Shown: piece by piece, positions 14,276 through 28,287 of the stretch
Layout of the letters: each line of letters opens with the position of its first letter
How positions within the stretch are numbered: the stretch's first letter is position 1
From: Octopus vulgaris
Taxonomy: Eukaryota
Direction of reading: 5' to 3'
DNA length: 64,000 nt
Assembly: GCA_951406725.2 (NCBI GenBank)
Contig: OX597819.1
Span: forward strand, 63,798,001-63,862,000
The notes under the pieces: model-generated
Database searches by the model: none
Told to the model about the DNA's origin: nothing
The model's input: the letters and a program-made list of their open reading frames with translations, nothing else
Made by a program: the position numbers and the translations under genes

Positions 14276-14400
14276 GACGGTTAGTAAGGAGAGACACAAG
14301 TAAGTGAGAAGAAAACAAAGGACCACTGATGCGGTCACAGGAGTGTGACGAAAGAACTTTGGCCGAAATAAGATATATGTATATATACTGAAGCAAAATA
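14275..14400 (+). mobile_element. Short PLE-like terminal fragment (family 4) in (TA)n with degenerate HHR at 14321-14364
   Basis: gaCCA-CUGAUGc-gGUCAC aggagu GUGAC-GAAA-GAAC-UU-UGGcc; bounded by TA microsatellites on both sides. Confidence 0.6.
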
Positions 14401-14420
14401 TATATATATGTATATATATG

Positions 14421-14474
<54 letters not shown>

Positions 14475-14503
14475 GAATATATGTATATATATATATACGT
14501 ATA

Positions 14504-14586
<83 letters not shown>

Positions 14587-14593
14587 GTATGTT

Positions 14594-16560
14594 TAGTGGT
14601 ACCTCGATTTAAGAGTCTAGTTCGTTCCGTGATGAAGGTCATAACTCAAATTATTCGTATGTCAACTAAAATTTCCCCATTGAAATGGATTGAAATATCA
14701 TTAATTCGTTCCGGGACCCACCCAAGAAATACAGCAAGCATTTTCTTACGTGTTTTTAAATAAGAAAAATGTACTTACAAATAACGAACGTCGTATAAAA
14801 AAACAATATATTAGAATGTACTGCAATAAACTAATTATATTAAGTATAATGTACAGCGTTTACCTTGGAGATCAGACGACATGTGGATGCTGACGGATGT
14901 GGGGAGAAGGACTGAACTGAATAACTGAATCTTATCTTCTGATTTTTGCCCTTTTTGCTACGTTTTCCTCACTTTCATTTGCAGCAGTTTTCGATAAAAA
15001 CATGTCCAATTATGTCTGTTTTGTCCTAACTTTCAGAATGTTTCTGAAATGAGTTCAGTAAGTGTCGTTAGGTAGTGCCGTCACACGCTAAGTTGCAAAT
15101 TTTTCTGGATGTATCTTTTGAATAAAGTCCGAAAGCTTCTCCCAACGTTTCCTTCATCGCATTGGTAGAGATAACATTTTCCGTGTCACCGATTTCCTGC
15201 AAAATCTCCGTGTGCTACTGCATCTGTTGCTTCTTTAGCTCATCTGCTGTCAGTTCCTTGGAGTGCTCCTCCATGAGCTCATTGATGTTACCTTTATATA
15301 CATCCAGGCTCATGGACTTGCCGAAGGATACAATCTGCTCCACCACTGCCGAATCTGGTTCGAGTCTTTCAAAGTCCGTTTCAGACTCAACCTCAGGCTA
15401 CAGCTTCTTCCATGCAGAGGTCAAGGTCCTCTTTATAACATCCTGACAGGCCATATCGATAATTCTGAGGCATATCACGATGTTATAGTGGTCCTTCCAG
15501 AACTCTCGAAGAGTGCGGTTTGTGCGTTCCCTCACTTCAAAGCAGCGGCGGAACAGGTGCTTGTTGGAGAATTTCTTGGAATTAGAAATATCCTGCTGAT
15601 CCACGGGCTGCAGGATAGGGGTGGTCTTGGGTGGAAAGCAGAGATCCTTTATAAACTTGAATCCTTTGAGGATATCGTCGAGGTTAGGTGGGTTGTCAAG
15701 TGCATAGTCCAGGAAGAGAAGGGCCTACAGGGGTAGGTTATTTTCCTGGAGAAATTTCTTAACCAAAGAACACATTCGCCCAATCCAAAAAGGACTGCCT
15801 GGCGACCCACTCCCTTGGCTTTGGCCTACACATAACCTGCAATTTTTCATTCAGTATCTTATGTGACTTAAATGATCTGGGGTTTTCTGAACGATAAACG
15901 ATCAGTGGCTTAATCTTGCACTCGCCGCTCGCATTGGCGCACAGTGCAAGGGTTAGCCTATCCTTTATGGGTTTACGTACTCGCATCCTCTTCTTCTTTG
16001 TCGTTATATAAGTTCCCCCTTTGCATCTTCTTCCCAAAAAGTCCTGCCTCGTCACCGATGACGACTTGCTGGTGGATGTATCCTTCAGCTGCTATACTTC
16101 CGGTGAAAGTTTTCAGGTAATCCTCAACTGACTTCATGTCTGCTCTTGCTGCCTCACCATGGTGAACAAGCGGGTGAGTGTCGGTCATCTTTAAAATTTT
16201 TGAACCAGCTCCGATACGGTATCTCATGCAAGCTACATCTCCGTCAAGCACACCATCAGCAACTTCTTCCTGTTTTTTTATGAATAGATGTCCGCTGTTT
16301 AGAAATTATTTTAACGCTCTTGGCTGGTGCTATAGCCTTTAACGCTCTTGGCTGGTGCTATAGCCTTCCTTCTGCTTCAGTATCGTAGAAGTGCTACGCT
16401 CGTACCGCTTCGCCATGTCGACTACACGCACACCTTGATAATGTTTTTCGATGATTTCTTTCTTTAATTCAATGCACGTCATCCGCTTCTCATCATGTGA
16501 AACACGTTCGCACATGTTTGTCACCTGATATGTGATGCCTGATGGCAATAAGTAGAATAT
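14594..16560 (-). mobile_element. Tigger/pogo-family DNA transposon, disrupted transposase (TIGD1-like)
   Basis: Fragments IELKKEIIEKHYQGVRVVDMAKRYERSTSTI (CENP-B HTH), HGEAARAD, DEAGLFGKK, KDRLTLALCANASGECKIKPLIVYRSENPR and QPVDQQDISNSK; left end tagtggtacctcgattt resembles a Tigger TIR. Confidence 0.9.
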
Positions 16561-18669
16561 AATATATTAATTGAGAAAAAGGACGTGTCATCTCTGCTTT
16601 TGGATCTAGATTCAAAAGCGAACTTAGAGGATTTTGTCATTGAGACAGCAATTACCCCATATTATCGTAATGAATCTATGGTGTACTTTAGCAATACGTT
16701 TTAGATTTCACTAGAAAAGCTGGAATATTACGTTGGAATGATTATCAATAGTTGTCTACTCGTTTGGTTTTAACAAGGCGACCATAAAATCAACTTTGCT
16801 TGTTTGAATGCAGGAAATTATATTTGTTTTATAAAAATTTATATTAAATATTAATTAAACTTTTCATATTGAATAAATGATTGACGGAACACAAGCAAGC
16901 GTGCAACGTTTGAAAATATTGGCACACAGACCTTGAAATGATCCCAATATTTAAAGAAAAATAAAAGGAATATTTTGCACTTTTGCTTTTGACGAGCAAT
17001 TGTTTTTTTTAATGTAGAACCAAACAAACAGGCTGTCATTTATTCTATCACATTTAACTCCTAAAGAATTACATTTTGTAAACCGGACACAAAATTATTT
17101 TTAAATATTGTTCTATAATGTACCAACAGCTTTAAAGATGCTTCCACAGAAGTAAATGGGTTTTGATCATAGCTCGTGATATTGACATACACTCAGATAA
17201 CATTAAAACAGATAACTTTCATATCTTTATTTTTAAGACACACACAGAAATTCTACTGACTAAATTCTCCTCAAATCCTTCTAGACGGGCTAAAGCAGAA
17301 AGTGCGTTGTCTTATGATGTACATGAATATTTCATATATAGATTTCAAATTCAATATATAGTAATCGAACATGGCATTCGTAAATTAACTGAAAGCGACT
17401 CGACATTACGAGCCAGGTTTACACGATAAAACATTAAAACCAAACAACATAAATATTATAAACTATATAGCAGCACCAATGACCTCCACAGCTACAACAA
17501 TTTAAAGATATGACGATGATTATCACTAGAGGCGAATTTATTTTAGAAAAAAACATTGTGGTTGTCAAAGGATACGCGTGACCTATCTCACATTCTATCA
17601 TTTATTTTGAAAACATAAAACGATCTAAAAAAAACATACGTTGAGTACATAAAGAAATCTACACAAGTAATCAACTTACTTATAGATCTCTGTTCGACAA
17701 CTACTTCCCAGACATGTCCTGAAATTTTTGTGGTGTCTGTAGTACTTATTGTCTGAACAAAACATCTTTGAAGAAATTAAACACGATTTTCTAAAAAAAC
17801 GCGGAAATCGCTGCTTCCGTCTGGAAATAGGTGAACATTGTTGATTGCAAGCACATCACAGTTGCCAAACCAGAAATGGCAGAGCAACGAAACAATAAAA
17901 GAATTATAGCTTAATCTAAATATATATTCCTTGATTAAAGATTAAAATTTATACTCTATTATAGAGCAGAAAGAGCCAAATGTATATTAACTAGAGGCGA
18001 TACTAAACGACATACTTGAAGATCTCGCGAAACAGACACAGCACACAAGTACAAATATACGAACAATGAAATTATAAACTAAAGCAAGTGCTCTCATTTT
18101 GTGCGGATGGACCTTGACATTGATGGGTTGAAGATGATGGCTGGCCATGAAATGAGGTTTTCAATTTCTAGAAGGCTCTACCTGCATTTAGCGACTAATC
18201 AAGCTGTTTTCTTTCAGGCCCTACATACAGGCTCATAATAGGGGTTGCAGCATGCCGACATGCCAACGTTTAAGTTACACTTTGGCAATCTGCCTCTGAG
18301 CGATCGATCGCCATGTGGTTGAATTCTCTCTTTCTTTCTCTGTCTCGCTATGTATATGTAAATTTTACAGACAACAAAGTAATATTTAGAATGGTGTACA
18401 ACCGTGAAAACAGCAGCCATATTGGGTATTATAACCCTTATAAGACGGAAAAAAGTTGTCAACAAAGAGCCATAAGACTATTATTGTCTGATATGGGTTA
18501 TAATAACCAAACGTTCTGCTATTTTGAAAGCTATTCTGCGTTCGAAATATTACGTTCTTTTTTGTAGAATACGATACACATTTGACGCTTCTATAAAGAA
18601 GATCAAAATTTGTTACATATGTCGTTGCATATATTTAACTATATACATACATGAATACGAATATGTTTC

Positions 18670-19105
<436 letters not shown>

Positions 19106-19106
19106 T

Positions 19107-19337
19107 GACAGCGAGATGGCAGAATCGTTAGCACGCCGGGCGAAATACCTAACGTTACTTTGTCTGCCGTTACGTTCTCAGTTCAAATTCCGGAGAGATC
19201 GAACGACTTTGACTTTCATCCTTTTGGGGTCGATTAAATAATTACCAGTTACGCACTGGGGTCGATGCAATCGACTTAATTTCTCTATCTGTCCTTGTTT
19301 GTTCTCTCTAGGTTAAGCCCCTTGTTCAATAAATAAG

Positions 19338-19338
<1 letters not shown>
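19107..19338 (+). mobile_element. tRNA-derived SINE family A
   Basis: A box tggcagaatcgttagc, B box agttcaaattcc, body ctttcatcctttt ggggtcga...taccagttacgcactggggtcga. Confidence 0.85.
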
Positions 19339-19384
<46 letters not shown>

Positions 19385-19386
<2 letters not shown>

Positions 19387-19480
19387 TGAAGCTATAGTAG
19401 AAAATAGATTCGGATGGTTCCACGCAATGGAACCGAAACCGGGATTATGTGATCGGGAAGTAAGCTTCTTACCACAGGGT
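19385..19480 (-). mobile_element. Degenerate SINE family C head
   Basis: Similar to 21400-21503 (gctatagtagaa...ccacgcaatggaaccgaaacc...gggaagtaagcttcttaccac). Confidence 0.55.
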
Positions 19481-20078
19481 TACCTTTGCTTTTATTATAC
19501 ATATATTTATTATAGCCGTATGTGTGTCTATTTCTTTATATATAGATACAGACACATAGACATACAGGCACATACATACGCACATACAGCTACACACAGA
19601 GTAACAAACACTCTCCTATATATATATATATATGTATGTATGTATGCATGTATGTATTTATGTACGTACTGCCCAGCATGAGGTGCAGATAAGGTGTGCA
19701 GTGTGAATCTCCCTCATAAACAAAATAGGTTAACAAGTAAGGGAAATGTATATACGGTATTGGTAATATGAAATGCCACCACCCTGAAGAAATTGGTCAA
19801 AGAAAAATATCTCAAAGTACAAAATCACACAGACATTCCAGCATGACCGCACCCACACGGCTGAAAGATATAAAAGAATAAACGGAAACATATATCCCAT
19901 TCCATTATTCTGACTTCCACAGCGATACATTTCTCAATTTCTGTGTTTCCTCAGTTAAAGATGCAAAACTAAACACATCCCTATTTAAATAACCCTGTAC
20001 TTATATTTTTTTTTTACTCAAAATAACTATTAATTTGTAGACAGATACCAAAATTCTTGCAGTTTCTCTCATTGAATC

Positions 20079-20270
20079 GTTTTAATAACAACACATAATG
20101 CTTACATCACATACAACGAATCTATTGGTGCATATTCTGATGAACGCATTCCTTTTCTGTATAAAGTGTTCAGTTGTTTTAATAACAACACATAATGCTT
20201 ACATCGGGTACCACGAATCTCTTAAGTGCATATTCTGCTGTACGTATTCCTATTCTTCATAAAGTGTTCA
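20079..20270. repeat. Imperfect ~97-bp tandem duplication
   Basis: gttttaataacaacacataatgcttacatc...ataaagtgttca occurs at 20079 and 20176. Confidence 0.85.
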
Positions 20271-20439
20271 ATATATCTTCTTATCAGAATCCAGTGGTAT
20301 AATACATAATAAACCGAACATACTTTGCAAATGTTTTATCTGTTCTGTTTTCCTTTCGCAGGAGTGAACGTGCTCGATATCATCACAGACTAGCCTCTAA
20401 TTCAGAATTTCTACGTTTCCGCAGATGATTCTCTGTATT

Positions 20440-20556
20440 GAACTCTCTCATGCACCAAATGGCATTTGCTAAAAAGCATTCGTGAAGTAAAATCATGTAG
20501 CAACACTGAGTGGCGGTGCCCCATCATGGCCACAGCTCGCGAGCTGAAACTAGATG
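20440..20556 (+). mobile_element. CR1-like LINE 3' UTR fragment
   Basis: gaactctctcatgcaccaaat...ggcggtgcccca..atggccacagctc..gagctgaaactaga matches 8455-8570. Confidence 0.75.
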
Positions 20557-21228
20557 AAATATATAAAAAAAAATATTTATAAAATATATATTCTATGCAT
20601 AGTAGCATATTGATCTCAAGAATGATATTCCAATATGAACTCTAGGTAGTTCTCATTTCTGCGACTAGCACAGCACGCAAAAAAAAAAACCGAACGTGAT
20701 CTTATTAATGTAGTTATTACGATGCACCAAGAGTGCTACTGAAAATTGTCTTCTATATTTAATGACATTTACAAACGATGCAAACATGCATTTATTCTAC
20801 ACAGACGACAAAGAGCAATAATACTGATTTGTAATAATATTGAAAGAATTTAAGAGGAAATCAATATAAATCCTTCAGGAATTTAATTAAATTTAATGAG
20901 AACCAACTTAATCTATGCAACGCAGAAAGTGTTGTGCTTTAATGTCTTTATATTCCGTGAGGTTAAACATTACTATATGCAATAAAGACAAACAGACGAA
21001 AGAACAATATGATAAGCTATAAATCTGCGTCGCTTTCTGTCGTTTAAGAGTTGACGTGACTTGGTTGAGTTATAATCTAGAGCAAACACATGCTATTGCT
21101 ACCAGAGGTATGATGACAGACATGATCTCTCAGCGTCTGTACATGTGACAATGTATTACTATCACTCGCTCAGACACAGACTCATATATACATTCACATA
21201 TATGGATATATATATGTGCATGTATAAA

Positions 21229-21277
<49 letters not shown>

Positions 21278-21296
21278 ATGTATATATACATAGGAT

Positions 21297-21503
21297 ACAG
21301 AGACGTAAACGTACCACCGTCGGTTGTCAAGCGATGTTGTTGGGTTACAAATACAGACACACAAACATATCGTGGTTTCCGTCTTCCAAATCCACGCACA
21401 AGGTTATAGTAGAGAGCACTTGCTTAAGGTACTACTCAGTGGGACTGAACCCGGAACAATGTGGTTGGTAAGCAAGCTACTTATAACACACCCGCTCCTG
21501 CGC
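21297..21503 (-). mobile_element. tRNA-derived SINE family C (CORE-like block)
   Basis: Minus strand gcgcaggagcgggtgtgttataagtagcttgc...gggttcagtcccact..gtaccttaagcaagtg..ctactataacc; homologous to 26277-26443. Confidence 0.8.
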
Positions 21504-21519
21504 TTATATATATATAATA

Positions 21520-21573
<54 letters not shown>

Positions 21574-21633
21574 TACACATATATATACATATATATACAA
21601 ATACACACAAATACACACATACACACTCACACA

Positions 21634-21718
<85 letters not shown>

Positions 21719-22759
21719 GTATATCTAAATTAAAAATTTGGAAATGGAGTTGATAAAATCAAAGCTATATATGTTTCATATCTAAGAGCGCCTTGGAAGT
21801 AGAAATTACACAAACAAGAGATAATCCGGTAGCTAATCGTCATATCAAAGATATCTTTATGAAATGAAGATTAAATTGTCATCATGGAATCCCATATTAA
21901 CTCGCAGGAGATTTGATGGAAAACGATTAAAATATCTTTGACCCGACATCTAGCTAGCGAATTAGTCTCGTTTGGGTAAATACTACTTCTCAGATGCTGC
22001 TAGATAAGAAGCAAATGTAGGCTGGATTCTTAAATTCAATTCCCTAATTTTCGATTTGTATTCGCAAGGAAAAAAGACCCAGCTGTTAATCATATATAAT
22101 AACATGATTTTTTTCAACTTATCTAAATCGATAAGCTGAACTCGATAAGGCGGAAATAAGAGAACATTCTACAACCTTCTAATTCAATAAACTAGTATGG
22201 TTTCTGAAAGGTATTTTTATACATTCTATCGGCTGCCTGAAGCCTACTATCTTCCTACACCTTGATCTTTCAATTTTATCATTGCTTACATGCATACGTA
22301 TAATTGTTCATACATTTCTATATATATGTGTGTGTGTCTGTGTATATGTGTGCGCACGTGCGTATTTGTCACTGTCTGTGTGTGCATGTCTGTGTATGTA
22401 TATATACAAACATATAGACTGGTATGTTGATAGATAACTAGATATATTGATAGCTAGCAATTTAGATAGATAGATGAATAGATAGATACATAGATAGGTA
22501 TATTGACACAATGAGCGAAATGATAAATATATATTTTGAGAACTGAAGCGAAACAAATCCTCACCTGGCGTAGATAATATATCGGTATTTACTTACAGTG
22601 ATGTTACTCTATTACAAGCAAACGAAGTAGAAACGCAGAAATGCATCTTAAGTTCAGCGTCAGAAATTAATTTTCGTCTAGTTAAATTTAACGCCGTAAG
22701 AAATTGATCAAATACTGGAATTTTTCTTCATTTTAGCCCATCCAGCCCCGCAAAGTAAT

Positions 22760-22760
22760 C

Positions 22761-22834
<74 letters not shown>

Positions 22835-22847
22835 TAGTAATAATAAT

Positions 22848-22932
<85 letters not shown>
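22760..22932. repeat. (AAT)n microsatellite, ~170 bp
   Basis: Directly visible. Confidence 0.95.
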
Positions 22933-22933
<1 letters not shown>

Positions 22934-23592
22934 CGATGAAATAGATGATTATAATGATGATGGTGGCAAAGATTTCAATTGTGCTTTGAATATCGTGCCT
23001 TCATTTTAATAATTTAGGCTGTGGGCAACGAAAACAGAAAATGGAAAGTTAATATAGCTGAAAATTCATTATCAATTTCTGAGTATATATAAATAGCGTG
23101 GTTCCTACATCAAGACATAACACATGCACGCATACACACCCACACACACCCACACATACATACACACAAACACACACACACACACACATGCTCGGAATAG
23201 ATTTTATCGCATATACCTAACTTCACGCAGATATGTACAGACTGTGACACATTTCCATATAAGTGACATTGAAATATATATGCACATATACATTTACTTG
23301 TATATAAATACATGTCTGGATTTGTGTGTATATATTTACCAATACATATATGTGTGTGGGTGTCTATATATATATATAAGTATATATTTATAAATATACA
23401 CACACGCACACACACATATATATATATATATACACACACACACATATGTATATATATACGCAATTACAATAATTTCATGATTAGCGATAGCGAAACCGGT
23501 CGACAACCACAATATTTCATTTAAAATATATTAAATCTCCGGAAACTTTTTCCCTTTTTTTATTATATTTATATATATTATACATATACGTA

Positions 23593-23675
<83 letters not shown>

Positions 23676-24309
23676 GAATAATTACTATGAAGCATTGTAT
23701 GTACATATATATATATATAAGTGTGTGTGGGTCTATACAGATATACATACACACATACATGCATAAGAGTATACACGCTAGAATTTTTTCTTTCTCTGAA
23801 AACACTTACGTAGGCTGGCTTTTATGACACGGTGTGTCTCCAAAGAATATTGAAGCTCTGAGCACATGGTGTGTGAAATTTAAATAAAAGCAGAAAGGAA
23901 ATTAGGTTTATGTCCCCCTTGGCCGTAAAAGTCATAATAAATCTAGTTTTTACTGAATCTTTCGAATGACTGGGTTTCAAGGTCTATGTGGTGGCTGCTG
24001 AATGTAGGGAGGCTGATGTACTCTTCTTCGCCAAGAGAAACATCTTTAAACATACATGCATGCATACGTACATACATACATGCATGCATACATACATACA
24101 TACATACATGCATACATATATACATACATACATGCATACATACATACAGACACACGCACACTCACACTCATACACTCTCTCGCACACACATATATTCAGG
24201 ATGGAGATTCTTCTACCACATTTATTTAGAACATTCTACCTTGGACCTACGTACAATTCGGCTACATGTACTGCACACTGTTCTCTGTGTATCTCAATGC
24301 TAATTGTCA

Positions 24310-25470
24310 ATGTAGCTTCTTCAGTTTCCGTTATTTACTGCCTGGTTAAAAATTCATATGCGGGAACCAATACAACAGAACCAAACGCTACTAATTCTAA
24401 CGCGAGACTAGAAAGGCAAAACAAGAACGCTAGAAAATGCAGTATCCGGAATGTCAACAATGAAAATAGAGCTAGTGACAAAATAATTAGCTACAACAAG
24501 GGAATTTATTCAAGGGAAGCAAACACTACTAACTCGAATGCTAGACTAGAAAGCAGTACCTGGAATGTAAACAATGAGAATAGTGAAAATAACCTGGCAT
24601 ATAGGCAATATAATTCAGGGATTGCAAATGACTAATCTAAAGTAGAAGATAATAACAGAATTTCAAGAGATAATTGTGATTAAACAAATAGTAAATTATG
24701 CCCGTTATAATAAGATTGTAAAATTACAAATGTGGAAGGAGTAGAATATTTCTACATAGAATATTTCTGCATAGAATATTTCTACATTTGTGCTATTCCA
24801 CGTGTTATAAAACGTAGAATAGCTAACCACGAAAATTCGTTTAGTGATAAAAATACGAAGAATAATACGAGTTTAAGTAAATTAATTTGGTCGGTAAAGG
24901 ATAATAATGAAACATAATCAGTTGGCTGGGAGATAATTAGATCGGCTTAACCGTGCAGTAGAGGAGTAAATGATGTGACTTTTGTTTTGAGGAAATATAC
25001 CAAATTTTTACTTCAAAATATATTCTGATAAGCTGTAGGTAATAACGTAATGAATGGTGTATTCATTCGAATACTTGTACACTTAATAAGTTCAAGTAAA
25101 CGCATTATGTATAAGTAAGAAATTATAAACTACTAGAATAAGCATATTGCAAAAAAAAAAAGCAAATAATAAGTCTATAAACAAATAAGTGAACATCTCT
25201 AAAAAAAAATTTTCTTTGAAATGAGTTGAATAGTAAGCTTACGGTTAACAAAATCAAATAAACTTAAGATACTCAGTAAAGCAAGAAAATTAGAAATTAA
25301 TAGAATAATAATTGTGAATACAAAAAAAAACACAGATCATAATCCAAAAGTTTAATGAATATCTCTAAAAATATAAATTAAAAATTCTCCTTTAAAACAC
25401 TAGAATGGTAAGCTGGACTATATTACATATGAATCTGCTGGAACTCCTTATTTGATCTATTTTTAATATT
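24310..25470 (+). mobile_element. Penelope-like element 3' part: N-rich linker + GIY-YIG endonuclease relic + UTR
   Basis: CPL..DC..TNV...EYFYI CAIPRVIKRRIANHENSFSDKNTKNNTSLSKLIWSVKDNNET*SVGWEIIRSA*PC...CDFCFEE matches the PLE GIY-YIG pattern (R--NH--SF----TSLSK-IW--KD...W-II...C--C). Confidence 0.85.
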
Positions 25471-25542
25471 ATACAACAGCCTCGCGCCGACCAAAGCATT
25501 GTGAGTGGATTTGGTAGATGCAAACTGAAAGAAGAGCCCGTC

Positions 25543-25617
<75 letters not shown>

Positions 25618-25665
25618 TATATGTATCAAACGAAATAAAATGAAAAACAGGACACAAAGGATGTC

Positions 25666-25758
25666 GCGGTACATATGTTTCGAGCTTTATAGAACAGCTT
25701 ATTTTTACATCAATGCATAATCGATATAACAGAGAGTTCAAAGGCCCTCTTCAGCCGC
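25666..25758 (-). ncRNA. Type I hammerhead ribozyme (family 1), mirror copy
   Basis: Reverse complement gives GCGG-CUGAAGA-GGGCC...AAAGCUC-GAAA-CAUAUG-UA-CCGC with an intact core. Confidence 0.8.
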
Positions 25759-26104
25759 ATGCAATTGCTACACCAAAGACTTGTATCACATTATGAAAGG
25801 TTTGAGAAAAAAACATTTGGTATTGTTTATAATAGTAGGTAAACCGAGTATCACTGGGAAAGTATGTTTGTAAATCCTCATAATCAAATAGGCGTACATG
25901 GTATTATTAGACTCCAAAAAATCGTCCATACCGTTTTCTCACTCAATATGGAGTCTAATAATACCATGTACGCCTATTTGATTATAAGGCTTTACAAACA
26001 TACTTTCCCAGTGATACTCGGTTTACCTACTATTATAAACAATACCAAATGTTTTTCTCAAACCTTTTATAATGTGATACAAGTATCTGGTGTAGCAATT
26101 GCAT

Positions 26105-26197
26105 GCGGCTGAAGAGGGCTTTAGAACTATCTGTTATGTCAATTATGCATTGATGAAAGAATAAGTTGTTCTATAAAGCTCGAAACATATGTACCGC
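26105..26197 (+). ncRNA. Type I hammerhead ribozyme with ~66-nt stem II (family 1)
   Basis: Stem I GCGG/CCGC; CUGAAGA; stem II GGGCUUUAGAAC...GUUCU(AU)AAAGCUC with apical UCAAU-UAUGC-AUUGA; GAAA; palindromic stem III ACAUAUGU; GUA cleavage triplet. Confidence 0.85.
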
Positions 26198-26236
26198 GAC
26201 ATCCTTTGTGTCCTGTTTTTCATTTTATTTCCTTTG

Positions 26237-26276
<40 letters not shown>

Positions 26277-26278
<2 letters not shown>

Positions 26279-26443
26279 GACGGGCTCTTCTTTCAGTTTG
26301 CATCTACCAAATCCACTCACAATGCTTTGGTCGGCGCGAGGCTGTTGTAGAAGACACATTTGTCCAAGGTGGCACGCAGGGGAATAAAAACTCGAAACCA
26401 TGTGGATGGTAAGCAAGCTACTTATCACACAGCCACACCTGCG
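26277..26443 (-). mobile_element. tRNA-derived SINE family C
   Basis: Minus strand gcaggtgtggctgtgtgataagtagcttgcttacc...gtgccaccttggacaaatgtgtcttctacaacagcc...gaagagcccgtcg then (TA)n. Confidence 0.8.
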
Positions 26444-26811
26444 AATTAATATTATTATCTACTCTACGGAAACTAAGCAGTCCCGGGAACGCCCTCGGAT
26501 TTCCCAAGCGAGTATAATAACCAGAGTCTAGTAATTTATTACTGACTCGAGTAGTAACAAAATTCGCTATGGCTAGCCAGAATTGAAAATCGATTTAAGA
26601 GGGAACATGGTAAGCGCCAGGATTATACATCCCTTTGGAACTACTTTTGGAAATACACATACACACATACACTCACACATCTATTTATATAGATATATAT
26701 GTATATGTAAATGTAAAATAATATATATTGTACACATCCACACACACACACATGCAAATATATATATACGTGTAAAAATGTGCTTCTCTCTATGTATTTA
26801 TATGTTTGCTC

Positions 26812-27100
26812 CTTCTCGTTCCACGCCTGGCTCATAAGGGCCGGTTTCCCGGTGTCCTTGGTGTATAGGTTCCCCACCTGGACGGGACGCTTGTCCGTCG
26901 CAGGTGAGCTGCAAGATGCAGGAGGAAAGAGTGAGAGAAACTTGAGGGTGAAAGAGTCAGCATAAATTCGCTATTACCTTCTGCCGGAGTCGCGTGGAGC
27001 TTAGGTTTTTCGCTCATAAGCACACACATCGCCCGGTCTACGATTCGAACCCGCGATCTCTCGAACGCGAGTCCGCTGCTCTAAATACTTGGCCATGTGC
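26812..27100 (-). mobile_element. tRNA-derived SINE family B
   Basis: Head gcacatggccaagtatttagagcagcggactcgcgttcgagagatcgcgggttcgaatc (A/B boxes). Confidence 0.85.
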
Positions 27101-27135
27101 TTCCACATGTGTATGTATATATATACATATATAAG

Positions 27136-27269
<134 letters not shown>

Positions 27270-28287
27270 TTCAATTTCTTATTAGGGGAACATTTGCAGT
27301 AAAAACCTAGTTTGAAACTACAATGCCAATAACCATCATTCGAGAAATTGCCTCATCTAATGTTTAATTACTAAGCATTAAGCTGAGTATTTCTAAAAAT
27401 AACGTGAAGTAATTTTATACATGAATGCCAATAGTGCGAAATTAATATGCAATAATAATATTAATATGCAATGAAAAAAATCATATATATATATATATGC
27501 GTCTTTTTGTCGTATTCTTTAATTTCAGCCTCAAACTCCAAATTCAAAGAAATATTATAAAACAAAAATGTAGTATTTTGTGTGTGAGTGTGTACTGGTG
27601 CATGTTAGAGCCTACAATTCGCCGTACATTTTGAAATGCACACATCATCTTGTATTTTGATTCGTTGCTGTTAAAAGACATGTTCCTGCTGAACAAATAT
27701 TGAAGGCATTTCACCATCAGCGAAAAGTATACGAAACGTTTGAATAATTATTTGTTTTATAGAGAAAAAACCATAAGAAATAAACATATTAAACATGCTC
27801 CAATATCTATTTAATAATATATGCTAATTGAAACTAACATTTATTTGTTCGAACTAATACTGGTAGCATTACATCTTCATTACCGCACTTGCTTATAATA
27901 AATGTGCATTGTATAATCTGTCTTATTCATATTGCAAATTCCAAAATTGATTGTATTTTTATAAATCTCAAACTATTAAAAATACAAAACAGTTCATGTA
28001 AAATACTTTTCACGCAATCCGTTTTGGCATAATTATCTAGAAGCATATTTCTAGGCACACTAGCCCTGAATTTTTCCCTTTATATAATAGCGTAAAAATA
28101 AACATTGCATTATTTTTCAATCGACAATATGAGCGTAGAGTAGGAGACAAGCAATGACAAATATATATATATATATATATATGAAAATAAAAGGTATATA
28201 CGGGAATTTACATACAAAAGGCAAACATAGCAAACACAAAATTGCCACACAAACTCTCTCATTTAAGATCATATGCAGAAAGTAATA

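Larger units (their letters stand above)
25472..26349. repeat. Long inverted repeat (arms 25472-25916 and 25949-26349) of PLE family 1 terminus + (TA)n + SINE C 3' part
   Basis: The arms are reverse complements; about 15 differences in the ~295-bp element part, and the outer SINE part is identical. Confidence 0.95.

Noticed and set aside
15162-15736. Plus-strand ORFs of 94 and 157 aa
   Set aside because: They are antisense shadows of the Tigger transposase.
16311-16366. Perfect 28-bp tandem duplication as a CRISPR-like or regulatory repeat
   Set aside because: It is two adjacent copies without a spacer, inside the Tigger relic; a simple slippage duplication.
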